A DNA stretch of 64,000 nt from a virus, in IMG/VR virus record IMGVR_UViG_3300020048_000062, positions 1 through 64,000 of that record. One strand, 5' to 3'. Position 1 is the first letter of the stretch. Each line of letters begins with the position of its first letter. Below the pieces are notes generated by a model. That model searched no databases, was not told the origin of the DNA, and saw nothing but the letters and a program-made list of their open reading frames with translations. The translations under genes were made by a program, and so were the position numbers. Positions 26,745-35,570 of this stretch are shown piece by piece.

Positions 26745-28247
26745 ATGAAAAAACTAATCTACGGTAATACAATCATATTGTTTCTAGGAATTAACGATAT
26801 GATAACGCTTAAAAATGGAGAAATAAAAAAAATAAAGGATGATTATTTATTATTGTATCAAAACTGCATAATATACAATTATTTTGATTTGAAGAACCAT
26901 AAAGCAGTGATAAGGGATAGAATAAATAAATTGAAATTTAAAGATCAAATTATTGTGCATGCAAGAAAGTGTAATATTACACACATTGATACTCTATTGA
27001 AGAATAAATTTTTGAATGAGAATCATATTCAAGGCACTGATAAGTCACAGATATTTTATGGTGCATATTTTAATAATGAATTAATTGCAGTAATAAGTTT
27101 TGATGATAATATGGGAATGAATGGGGGAATTGGTGAAAATGAATATAATTTATCGAGATTTTCAATTAAATTTGGATACGTGATTAGTGGTATTTTTAAT
27201 AGAATGCTTAAAAGTTTTATTAAAGATTATTCCCCTAGAAAAATCTTATCATTTGCTGATTTAAATTTTGTGAATAGGGATAAAAATATATATGAAAATA
27301 ATGGTTTTAAACTTGGAAAAATAATTAGACCCGATTATAAAATATTTCTAAAAAATAAAGAAGAGTTATACCATAAGTTTACATTTGGTAATAAGTTCTT
27401 AAATAACATTACTTTATCTAATGATGAAAAACAATTAATTAAAGATAATATGATTAAGGTTTGGAACTGTGGTAAGCTCAGATATGAATTATTTATCAAC
27501 AACGACAATCATATACTTTATGGGTATATATATGCTATAAAAAACAATGTTAATGGTAAAATATATATTGGTCAAACAACGAGAACTTTAAATAAAAGAA
27601 TTTGGGAGTATAAAAGTGCCTATAATAGAAACATTTTTTACAATAAATATTTGTTGAATTCCTTTAATAAATATGGTTGGGATAATTTTGAATTTTCCAT
27701 TATTGACACAGCAATTAATTTGAGCGAACTCAACAATAAAGAAATTGAATATATCACGAAATACAATTCCAATAATAAAGAATTTGGATATAATATTGAA
27801 TCTGGTGGTGGAAATGCCATACCAACTACCGAGACATTAGAGAAAATGTCTAAATCACATTTAGGAATTAAGCAAAATGAAAGATGGATTAACAATAGGG
27901 TCGCTAAAGCAGGGACAGATGATGCTAAGAAATATGGTAGGGAAAAAACAGAAGAAGAAAAACTACAATTAAGTGCAACATCACCTAAATTCTGGCAGGG
28001 TAAAGTACGAGATAAAGAAACTAAGGATAAAATAAGTAAAACTAAGTTAGAGAATGGTATGTCAATCAAACAAAAAGAAGTGTTGTGTAAAAGTGTGTTG
28101 AAGATAAATGTAACCACGAATGAAACATTAAACACATATGAATCAACTGCACTCGCTTCTAAAAATGAAAATGTAAATCAATCTACGATATCCAGATGGT
28201 GTTCTAAAAATAAAATCATAAATAATGTGTTGTGGAAATATAAATAA
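26745..28247 (+). CDS. Free-standing GIY-YIG homing endonuclease with N-terminal acetyltransferase-like domain and NUMOD tails
   Basis: ARKC...FLNENHIQG...LSRF...SFADL...IYENNGF; then YGYIYAIKNNVNGKIYIGQT...GYNI; NUMOD3/NUMOD1-like C-terminus. Confidence 0.75.
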   Translation: MKKLIYGNTIILFLGINDMITLKNGEIKKIKDDYLLLYQNCIIYNYFDLKNHKAVIRDRINKLKFKDQIIVHARKCNITHIDTLLKNKFLNENHIQGTDKSQIFYGAYFNNELIAVISFDDNMGMNGGIGENEYNLSRFSIKFGYVISGIFNRMLKSFIKDYSPRKILSFADLNFVNRDKNIYENNGFKLGKIIRPDYKIFLKNKEELYHKFTFGNKFLNNITLSNDEKQLIKDNMIKVWNCGKLRYELFINNDNHILYGYIYAIKNNVNGKIYIGQTTRTLNKRIWEYKSAYNRNIFYNKYLLNSFNKYGWDNFEFSIIDTAINLSELNNKEIEYITKYNSNNKEFGYNIESGGGNAIPTTETLEKMSKSHLGIKQNERWINNRVAKAGTDDAKKYGREKTEEEKLQLSATSPKFWQGKVRDKETKDKISKTKLENGMSIKQKEVLCKSVLKINVTTNETLNTYESTALASKNENVNQSTISRWCSKNKIINNVLWKYK

Positions 28248-28277
28248 AAAAGGTGGTCTAAATTAGACCACCTTTTT
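28247..28277. terminator. Bidirectional intrinsic terminator
   Basis: aaaaaggtggtctaaattagaccaccttttt. Confidence 0.9.
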
Positions 28278-28281
28278 CGTT

Positions 28282-28578
28282 TTACTTGATTTCCGCTTCT
28301 CCCTCGTCTTTTATTTCAATCTCACTTATTACTGAGAATGTATCCGATAAATCCTCAAACACATCAACCCGATTTTTCATTAGGACATATGTTTGTGCCA
28401 TTGATTTTTGTATTTTTTCTAAGCTGGTGTTCATATTAAGGATTACTTCACTGAACTCAACCCAATTGCCGTTCCTCGGCTTATATTGACCACTAAAGTG
28501 AATGTTTTCTTCATTTGGTTCAAACCATACTTTGATTCGCATGTTGGGTTTACCAACGATTTTAACAATCCAATCCAT
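28282..28578 (-). CDS. Hypothetical protein
   Basis: 98-aa ORF with A-rich leader. Confidence 0.65.
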   Translation of the reverse strand: MDWIVKIVGKPNMRIKVWFEPNEENIHFSGQYKPRNGNWVEFSEVILNMNTSLEKIQKSMAQTYVLMKNRVDVFEDLSDTFSVISEIEIKDEGEAEIK

Positions 28579-28642
28579 AATTTCTAATTTAAATAAAAAT
28601 GTCCCATGTCACCTTTGGTATGGCAAGCATGGGACAAATTAA

Positions 28643-28786
28643 TTACTGTGCTACAGTAGTATCAACGGTAACAGTACTGTCAACCTGTGTGGTGTCAGCA
28701 GTTGCATCGGATTTACTCTCTGATGATTTGCAAGAAGCAAATGCCATGAGACCTACAATAGTAAGTAAGAATAATAATTTTTTCAT
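28643..28786 (-). CDS. Small lipoprotein (47 aa)
   Basis: Read by hand: MKKLLFLLTIVGLMAFAS|CKSSESKSDATADTTQVDSTVTVDTTVAQ; lipobox FAS-C; hairpin at ~28600-28636 downstream. Confidence 0.8.
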   Translation of the reverse strand: MKKLLFLLTIVGLMAFASCKSSESKSDATADTTQVDSTVTVDTTVAQ

Positions 28787-28833
28787 CTTTTTTCGTTTTT
28801 AATTAATTAATGTTATTTGGTATAAATAGTTTG

Positions 28834-28849
28834 CAAAAGTACAAAAGTA
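28834..28849 (-). promoter_or_regulatory. Tandem Bacteroidota-type -7 elements (TACTTTTG x2)
   Basis: Reverse complement reads gTACTTTTGTACTTTTGcaa upstream of the lipoprotein gene. Confidence 0.65.
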
Positions 28850-28884
28850 CAAACGATTAATCACATATCCAAGGACTTTTGAAA

Positions 28885-29103
28885 CTATCCCCTAATCTTT
28901 TTATTTGTCATCCATTTTACCTTCTTAATTTCAAATTCCGATTTTTTAATTCCTTTTGCTATTTTTATCTCTAATTCGAGATTTGCTTCTTCGGCAAGCA
29001 TATTACCTGCGCATAGTTCACTACCATATAGACTCCAAGCAGCATTATTTGATGCTTTCATGTCTACTAATTCTTTCTCAAGTTCTTCGATTGTTTTTTC
29101 CAT
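28885..29103 (-). CDS. Hypothetical protein
   Basis: 72 aa, coupled to the helicase stop codon. Confidence 0.6.
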   Translation of the reverse strand: MEKTIEELEKELVDMKASNNAAWSLYGSELCAGNMLAEEANLELEIKIAKGIKKSEFEIKKVKWMTNKKIRG

Positions 29104-29105
29104 AA

Positions 29106-30602
29106 TTAAATTGCTTCTGGTTCTTCATCCGTCCATTCATGGTCATATATAAGTTCCAGACGACTTCTCGTTATAGCTACATACTCCAAGTTCTTTTCTT
29201 GTATTGCTTGCCATCCACGTTGATTAGGTAAAGGCATTAAGTCTGGTCGAACAATAAATACTCTATCAGCTTCCAAGCCTTTGATTTTGTGAACGGTACT
29301 CAATACAATACCCTGAATATCGTCACTGAATATTGTTCTAATTTTGTCCTTAAGGTCTTGAATCGTATTTGCAAATCCTGCTAAGAACAATAAAGTACTT
29401 ACTTTGTCTTCAAGTGCGGAATATCCACTATGTTCAATTGGATTTAGAACACCACTGGCTTTTAAATCACGCCTGAATGTAACTAATTCACGTTCCCAAA
29501 ATCTCTTGAGTTCTGGAATGTTATTAATTTTCCCAATTAGCTCAATTAGGTGTAGTCCAATGTCAGAACCTTTAATAGTAGCTTTCTTATTTTGCATGAG
29601 GAACTCAAAGAAAAGTTTTACAAGAGGCATTGTTGTCCTACAAAGAACAAAATCTCCACTCTCCGCTTCTGTGAGAACATCACCATTCCTAACCAATCCT
29701 TCTGGTGCGCTATCAAGTGCCTTTATGTCGGGGACAATTTCATTTGCTTTCCTAATAACAGCTTTCGAGCATCTGAATGAAACAGATAGTGGTAACACTT
29801 TTGTATTTGGAAATTTCTCAAACCATTCGAATGATTTTTCATCAGCAGCAGTAAATCCATAAATTCCTTGAAAGAAATCACCCACTGAAATAAGTCTACC
29901 TGTGATTTTACCTGAGAGTTTATCTTTTTTCAATATCTTCTCAATGATTTTAATCTGACAACGGTTTAAGTCTTGAACTTCATCCACGAAAACATAGTCC
30001 TGCGGAAACATCCAAATACTATTATCAATAGCAGGGAGATAAATCATATCAGTATAATCCATCGTTTTCCTGTCATTGGTTGCATCATCAAGAATTTTGA
30101 GTACTCTCTTAATGTCCTTGTCTTTACGTAGGTTAATATCGTATCTTTCAGCTACATACGGTATGTATTCAGCTTTTAACGTTAAGGTCAATCTACAGAG
30201 ATTCACCAATTTTTTTAAGGAGTTCATATATATTGACATTTCTTCGTCATTATCGAACTCTTCATCGAGTTTCCACGATTTGGCTTTCTTCTGAATGAGT
30301 TTATCGAGCTTAAATTCATCAAACTGAATGCTATCACCATATTTACGTTTAACAGCAGACATACCTAATCCATATGTAGTGTAACAACGAGTACCCTCAT
30401 TTAGTTTAGTCTTAAGGTCCTCTTGAATATGTTTATTGAAGGCTAAAAAAAGTACTGATTTATCTTTGGGCAACATCTTTGAACATTCAACAATTGTTGA
30501 ACTCTTTCCACATCCAGCAAATGCTTTTATTAAAATATTTTCTGGTCTTTTTTTAATGAATGTAAATATTCTCTCTTGTTCGGCAGTTGGTTTAAAATTC
30601 AT
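29106..30602 (-). CDS. UvrD/Rep-like SF1 helicase
   Basis: AFAGCGKS, LAFNK, FVDEVQD, VGDFFQGIYGF, SFRCS, STVHKIKGLE, YVAITR. Confidence 0.92.
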   Translation of the reverse strand: MNFKPTAEQERIFTFIKKRPENILIKAFAGCGKSSTIVECSKMLPKDKSVLFLAFNKHIQEDLKTKLNEGTRCYTTYGLGMSAVKRKYGDSIQFDEFKLDKLIQKKAKSWKLDEEFDNDEEMSIYMNSLKKLVNLCRLTLTLKAEYIPYVAERYDINLRKDKDIKRVLKILDDATNDRKTMDYTDMIYLPAIDNSIWMFPQDYVFVDEVQDLNRCQIKIIEKILKKDKLSGKITGRLISVGDFFQGIYGFTAADEKSFEWFEKFPNTKVLPLSVSFRCSKAVIRKANEIVPDIKALDSAPEGLVRNGDVLTEAESGDFVLCRTTMPLVKLFFEFLMQNKKATIKGSDIGLHLIELIGKINNIPELKRFWERELVTFRRDLKASGVLNPIEHSGYSALEDKVSTLLFLAGFANTIQDLKDKIRTIFSDDIQGIVLSTVHKIKGLEADRVFIVRPDLMPLPNQRGWQAIQEKNLEYVAITRSRLELIYDHEWTDEEPEAI

Positions 30603-31548
30603 TGTTTGTTTGTTTAAATTGATTACTATTGGGTTGTTTCATGTGTAAACATATTTCATTAAGCCAATTATTTTTATGTGCCGAATCATATGCCGAAGAT
30701 GATTTCACGTGAAAATCATTTCTTTTATCATATTTAAATGCTTCATTTTTACAGTTTTCATATGTCCAATAATGTATTGGTTTTACGATTTCTATCATAT
30801 GTGAACAAATTTCATTAAGACAATTATTTCTTCGTGCAGCATTATATGCCCCACAAGAATTTTTTTGAAATTCACCTCTCGTACTATATTTCAAGGCTTC
30901 TTTTCTAAGATTTTCAAAATTCCATTTTGACAAATTACCACCCAAGCCACCACCTTTTATTCTATTTAGTAAAAACCATTTATTCTTTCTATATTCATCA
31001 ATAAAAAAAACTTCTTTAGTTGCAGCATCAGATTCATCAATTGGTATATTGACTAACATTTTTAAAGTTGGACTTAATTGAGTTTTTCTAATGTGGTTTA
31101 AGACTGCCGAATTAGCAGAACCAATTAATCCAAGATGAACATTACTTCTTCTGGTCACATTGTATGTTAAACCCACATATACGTGATTATCAGTAAATTC
31201 GAATGCATATAAATATCTTTTTTTATGTAGTTGGTTTGTTGACATGTGTGAGCATATTTCATCAAGCCAACCATTTTTTCGTGCAGCATAATATGCACTA
31301 CTGGAATTTTCAATGAATTTGTTCCTACATTGATATTTTAATGCCTCTGCGTGACACCTATCCAACATCCAATAATTTGGTGGATTTATAACTCTTACCA
31401 TATGTTGACACAATTCATCAATCCAACCATTCTTAATTGCCTTGTTATATGCACTTGGTGACCCACATTTAAATTCATTTCTAGTATTATACATTAATGC
31501 TTCCTCACTACAAGCATCTTTACTCCAATAATTTGCAGATTTTTTCAT
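30592..31548 (-). CDS. GIY-YIG-like endonuclease flanked by four ~44-aa repeats
   Basis: YLYAFEFTDNHVYVGLT...RR...H...E...LN; repeat (Y/K)W-x3-C..EALKY..R.EF....SAY..A.KNGWLDEICSHM twice on each side. Confidence 0.7.
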   Translation of the reverse strand: MKKSANYWSKDACSEEALMYNTRNEFKCGSPSAYNKAIKNGWIDELCQHMVRVINPPNYWMLDRCHAEALKYQCRNKFIENSSSAYYAARKNGWLDEICSHMSTNQLHKKRYLYAFEFTDNHVYVGLTYNVTRRSNVHLGLIGSANSAVLNHIRKTQLSPTLKMLVNIPIDESDAATKEVFFIDEYRKNKWFLLNRIKGGGLGGNLSKWNFENLRKEALKYSTRGEFQKNSCGAYNAARRNNCLNEICSHMIEIVKPIHYWTYENCKNEAFKYDKRNDFHVKSSSAYDSAHKNNWLNEICLHMKQPNSNQFKQTNNEF

Positions 31549-31715
31549 TTTAGAATATCTTTGTCGTTGGGATTATTATCTATATACTTATTAACTAAAT
31601 GAGACAAGTTCATTCTAATATATGCTGAAACAGATAGACCCATTTTTTTCGCAATTATTCTAACATTTTCCTTTAAATTTGAGTCAATGTTTAATAATAT
31701 GTTTTCATTTTTCAT
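31545..31715 (-). CDS. Ribbon-helix-helix DNA-binding protein (56 aa)
   Basis: Read by hand: MKNENILLNIDSNLKENVRIIAKKMGLSVSAYIRMNL...; ATGA overlap with the endonuclease; late motif at 31735-31742. Confidence 0.7.
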   Translation of the reverse strand: MKNENILLNIDSNLKENVRIIAKKMGLSVSAYIRMNLSHLVNKYIDNNPNDKDILK

Positions 31716-31784
31716 GATTATATATATATTTTATATAAATACTATATATTTTTAAAAATTCTTCTTTTCTTAGTTTATTTTTCA

Positions 31785-32297
31785 TTACTTTATTTTTACC
31801 CAATGTTCATTAGTAATACCACCTACCAGTTCGTAAATACCATTCACATCATTATATATGTCGAGAGATTCAGATTCATTTTCATCGTATACAAATACCT
31901 TTAAACCTATCTCTCTTTTAAAGATTTTATTATTAAAGATAATATGTGTCATACTAAGTGCATCACGGTCAGCAATTGACTTTTGGTAAATGTGCGCATT
32001 AAACTCACCTTCATTCATCGCCATAGCAATATCACCATTCTTTACCATGTCGTCAAATATGATTTCAGCCATTTCATCGCCCATTTGCCCAAGGAATTGA
32101 ATATTATCTTCGAATCTTCTCATGGTGTTTTCATCATACATACTTCTATCCATACGTGCGAATACTACCTGTAAATAGTATCTCGTAATTTCAAGTGCGA
32201 AAAATTTATCTTCCTGATTGTGAAGATAATCTGGAGGTAAATCAATACATGGTCTACCATTTTCATTTAAATCAATTTTGTAACGGATTTCTTGCAT
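31785..32297 (-). CDS. Hypothetical protein
   Basis: 170-aa ORF. Confidence 0.65.
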   Translation of the reverse strand: MQEIRYKIDLNENGRPCIDLPPDYLHNQEDKFFALEITRYYLQVVFARMDRSMYDENTMRRFEDNIQFLGQMGDEMAEIIFDDMVKNGDIAMAMNEGEFNAHIYQKSIADRDALSMTHIIFNNKIFKREIGLKVFVYDENESESLDIYNDVNGIYELVGGITNEHWVKIK

Positions 32298-32349
32298 ATT
32301 AATGTCTTATTAAAGTATTTATTAGAAAAGACAGCAAAATTAAACAATT

Positions 32350-33465
32350 ATGGCATTAATTACAACAGTTGACAAAAATAAATTATACCTACACGTAAAA
32401 CACGAGTTAGGTTATCCTCTCAGACCATTCGAATTGAAGGACGAAATGATGGATTCATACCTTGAAATGGTGGTAGAGGACTATTCATCAATCATAAATA
32501 GTTGGCTTATAGTACAACAATGGACTGGTTTGGAAGGACTAAGCAAAGAGAATGGTGACTTTGTGTCTGCATTCTCAGATAAATCAAACAAGTATATGGA
32601 ATCATTTACATATGCTTACTCAAAACAAGTTGGTCAAGGTGCGAATGCTCCTGCTGGTAATCAATGGGAGTTAAAACGTGACTTCATTACCACAGAAGAA
32701 CATACACAACATTATGTAATTCCTGCTGGTAGAGAAATTAACGAAGTTTTGTGGGAAACACCGCCAGCAATTGACGGTGGTATGGTTGACCCATTTGCAA
32801 TGAATGCTTGGAGTGCTGGTTTAATGGGAATGTCATATCTTGGTCGTCCAGCCATGTACGTTCAGCCAACATTCTCAACACTATTGGGTGCACAAGACCG
32901 TAGAATGAAACAAAGAATCTTACAATCCATCCTAACATATAGAATAACTGGTTTAGCCTCTGGTGAAAAGTTATTACATTTATATCCTATGCCAAATGAC
33001 CGTCACGAAATTGCTGGTTCATGGGGAAAACACTATGCAGGTAGAAAAGTATGGTATTGGTATTACGATACTGCTGGTGATAGGGATAAATGTCTTGAAG
33101 AAAATAATGATGCGGTTAGGCTACCATCAGACCCACCTACACAAATACTACAGTGGTCAAATTTGAATGATGTTGCACGTCAGCAAATCAGGAATTTTCT
33201 TATAGCTAAAGTAAAAATGGTTATCGGTGGAGTTCGTGGTTTTTATAGCGGTGAATTGGGTGTTGCTGAAAAGCAATTAACAATGGATTATCGTTATTTG
33301 CTTGACCAAGGAAAGGAATTAAAAGAAGCAACAGAAAAACTTATCCTTGACCAATTGGAAAGCATGAGTCAGGTTGTCTTAACTGAAAATCGTGCTAAGA
33401 TTGCTGAAAACGTAAACCGTGAGAGAGGATTTATGCCCCCACAATTTCCTATCATTGCGATATAA
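32350..33465 (+). CDS. Neck protein (T4 gp13-like)
   Basis: LYLHVKHELGYP...EL...; C-terminal QGKELKE...PP pattern; late motif at 32315. Confidence 0.75.
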   Translation: MALITTVDKNKLYLHVKHELGYPLRPFELKDEMMDSYLEMVVEDYSSIINSWLIVQQWTGLEGLSKENGDFVSAFSDKSNKYMESFTYAYSKQVGQGANAPAGNQWELKRDFITTEEHTQHYVIPAGREINEVLWETPPAIDGGMVDPFAMNAWSAGLMGMSYLGRPAMYVQPTFSTLLGAQDRRMKQRILQSILTYRITGLASGEKLLHLYPMPNDRHEIAGSWGKHYAGRKVWYWYYDTAGDRDKCLEENNDAVRLPSDPPTQILQWSNLNDVARQQIRNFLIAKVKMVIGGVRGFYSGELGVAEKQLTMDYRYLLDQGKELKEATEKLILDQLESMSQVVLTENRAKIAENVNRERGFMPPQFPIIAI

Positions 33466-33483
33466 AATATATTTGCGAAAAAT

Positions 33484-33514
33484 TGTAACCTTTTGCGTGG
33501 TTCATACGTATAAG
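33484..33514 (+). promoter_or_regulatory. Non-late promoter elements upstream of the kinase (TGTAAC-N17-CGTATAAG; TATATTTG also at ~33468)
   Basis: ECF-like AAC...CGT spacing and a Bacteroidota -7 motif. Confidence 0.4.
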
Positions 33515-33539
33515 AAAGATTAATCAAAATTACAAAGTC

Positions 33540-34019
33540 ATGGAATTATCAAAATTAATTATTTTAGTCGGAATATCTGGAAGTGGAAAGTCTACATGGA
33601 TTAATTCATTAGATTTAGAAGCATTAGGAATACGTGTCGTTTCAGCAGATGGTGTCAGGAAAGAATTGTATGATAATATTTCATGTCAAGCTTTTCCAAA
33701 TGTGGTGTGGTCAATCGTTTATGAAAGAGTTGCAGATTACCTTGTTGCTGGATACAATGTTATTTTAGATGCAACACATGTTAGAGCAAAAGATAGAGTT
33801 TCAGTACTTACTTACCTTAACGAAAAAGGTATTGAGTTCGAAGCATATGCAAAAGTGTTTGAATCTATCCCTGAATTAAGTAAAGAAAGAATAAAAGCCG
33901 ATTTAGACTCAGGCGTTGATAGATGTATCGTTAGCGACAAATCTATTGACAAGCAATTTAGACAGCTTACAGCGTCTATAAAGTCTATTGAGGCAGAAGG
34001 ATTTAAACTATATGCGTAA
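33540..34019 (+). CDS. P-loop polynucleotide/AAA_33 kinase
   Basis: LVGISGSGKST, VSADGVR, VILDAT, R. Confidence 0.85.
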   Translation: MELSKLIILVGISGSGKSTWINSLDLEALGIRVVSADGVRKELYDNISCQAFPNVVWSIVYERVADYLVAGYNVILDATHVRAKDRVSVLTYLNEKGIEFEAYAKVFESIPELSKERIKADLDSGVDRCIVSDKSIDKQFRQLTASIKSIEAEGFKLYA

Positions 34020-34573
34020 TGGCAAAGAAGAAACAAATAATTGACCTTGAAAACGAAAGATATGGAATGTTCGTAACTGACAACTCCATTGATTTGGATA
34101 TAATGTATGGTAGAAACTTCTTACAGACAGATAATGCGCAGGAAGTTCTTATTTACAAAATCAATATCTTAGAGACTAAGGTTCATACATTATATGCACA
34201 AGCAAAAGCAAAGGATAAGAAATTCTTCCCACCTGTTAGAATATCCGTCATGCTTAATGTTGAAGAAGGAGTGCAGAGTAATTATGGTGACAACCAAGGT
34301 GGTATTGCTCGTGATGATAGTGGTAATATTACATTCGGTGTTTACCTAAAAGAATTAGCAGAAAAGCAAATTGAAATCAATCGTGGTGATTACATTGGCT
34401 ATAATATGAGTGGTGAAAAGCTTAGATTTTATGAAGTTGAGAACGCCAATAATGTTAGTGACGAAACCAAGAAATCAATTGGGGGATTCAAACCATATTG
34501 GAAGCGCATAACTGGCGTGCCAGTTCGTAGTGATACTGTTGGAATGTTTGAGGGTGAAGAAAAGGGAACGTAG
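34019..34573 (+). CDS. Head closure/neck protein (gp14-like)
   Basis: Follows the gp13-like gene; LYAQAK...F.PPV, GDYI, FYEV pattern. Confidence 0.6.
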   Translation: MAKKKQIIDLENERYGMFVTDNSIDLDIMYGRNFLQTDNAQEVLIYKINILETKVHTLYAQAKAKDKKFFPPVRISVMLNVEEGVQSNYGDNQGGIARDDSGNITFGVYLKELAEKQIEINRGDYIGYNMSGEKLRFYEVENANNVSDETKKSIGGFKPYWKRITGVPVRSDTVGMFEGEEKGT

Positions 34574-34600
34574 TTCCTTTTATATCTGAAACAAGAGAAT

Positions 34601-34629
34601 AAAAAAAGGAGCTAATTAGCTCCTTTTTT
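34601..34629. terminator. Bidirectional intrinsic terminator
   Basis: aaaaaaggagctaattagctcctttttt. Confidence 0.9.
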
Positions 34630-34631
34630 CG

Positions 34632-34901
34632 TTAATCGAAAAATTCGTCTTCGACCCATATAGGTGTTTTAATTCCCACATATGCACCAACGACATTAAA
34701 TTCGTAGTATTCTAATGCTTCATCATAATCCATACTATCCCTTTTCATTAAAATATGGATTGCAAGACTTTTCGAATACACAAGAACAATAACACCAGAC
34801 GGTTTAAGTTCTGCTGCTCCAAGTAATGCATCATCAAACCCATCTGCTTTTAAAAGTGATTCATCTGGATACATTTCAATAATCGATTCAAGTTTTGTCA
34901 T
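34632..34901 (-). CDS. Conserved phage hypothetical protein
   Basis: LKADGFDDALLG...YDEALEYYEFNVVGAYVG.KTP; likely start MTKLES at 34901. Confidence 0.7.
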   Translation of the reverse strand: MTKLESIIEMYPDESLLKADGFDDALLGAAELKPSGVIVLVYSKSLAIHILMKRDSMDYDEALEYYEFNVVGAYVGIKTPIWVEDEFFD

Positions 34902-35145
34902 TCTTTTCTGTTTTAAAGTGTTTGTTTTTAATCTTTTCAAGTTCTTCCACTAGCTTTTCATGTTGCTCTTTCGTTTGTATTCCTAAGTCATCACCATAGT
35001 CCCTAAATATGTCCATGACAAAGACAATAAACTCTTTTTCTTTGTCGGAAAAATACGTACTCTTTTTAATCAAGAAGTATAGTGCCAGAGAAAGAAAAAG
35101 GATTATTAATGCTAACAATAATATTGATATGTATAATATTATCAT
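34888..35145 (-). CDS. Small membrane protein
   Basis: N-terminal strongly hydrophobic helix. Confidence 0.65.
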   Translation of the reverse strand: MIILYISILLLALIILFLSLALYFLIKKSTYFSDKEKEFIVFVMDIFRDYGDDLGIQTKEQHEKLVEELEKIKNKHFKTEKNDKT

Positions 35146-35154
35146 TCAAATTAG

Positions 35155-35544
35155 TTAATGTGAATTTTTTTTCTCTCTAACAAGACAGATATGTGCTTCA
35201 CCGATAACTTTAGTCCAAGGAAATTTAGTACCATTTTCACGGTAGTCGTTCATGTACTCGGTTATTTTCTGGTAGAAACGCTCTTCCTGTGATTGACCTT
35301 CCCAAACTATTCCTCTGTTTTTCCAAGTATCACCCCAACGCTTTTGGTCTTCAATTAGTTGAACTTCTACATCTATAAATGTGAAATCCAATTCGTCAAT
35401 TAAGTTGACGTTCTTTAGTCTTTCGTTCATTCTATCTTCTTTATTAATTTCGGAAAACCATGTAGCACATACACACCCTTGCTTATCACGTAAACAAACT
35501 GGACAATAACCGCCCATAGGTGTGTATATGGTAAACTCTCCCAT
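35155..35544 (-). CDS. Hypothetical protein
   Basis: 129 aa; N-terminal CxxC...CxC. Confidence 0.6.
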   Translation of the reverse strand: MGEFTIYTPMGGYCPVCLRDKQGCVCATWFSEINKEDRMNERLKNVNLIDELDFTFIDVEVQLIEDQKRWGDTWKNRGIVWEGQSQEERFYQKITEYMNDYRENGTKFPWTKVIGEAHICLVREKKNSH

Positions 35545-35570
35545 AATATTATGTGTATTTGTAATTAGAA

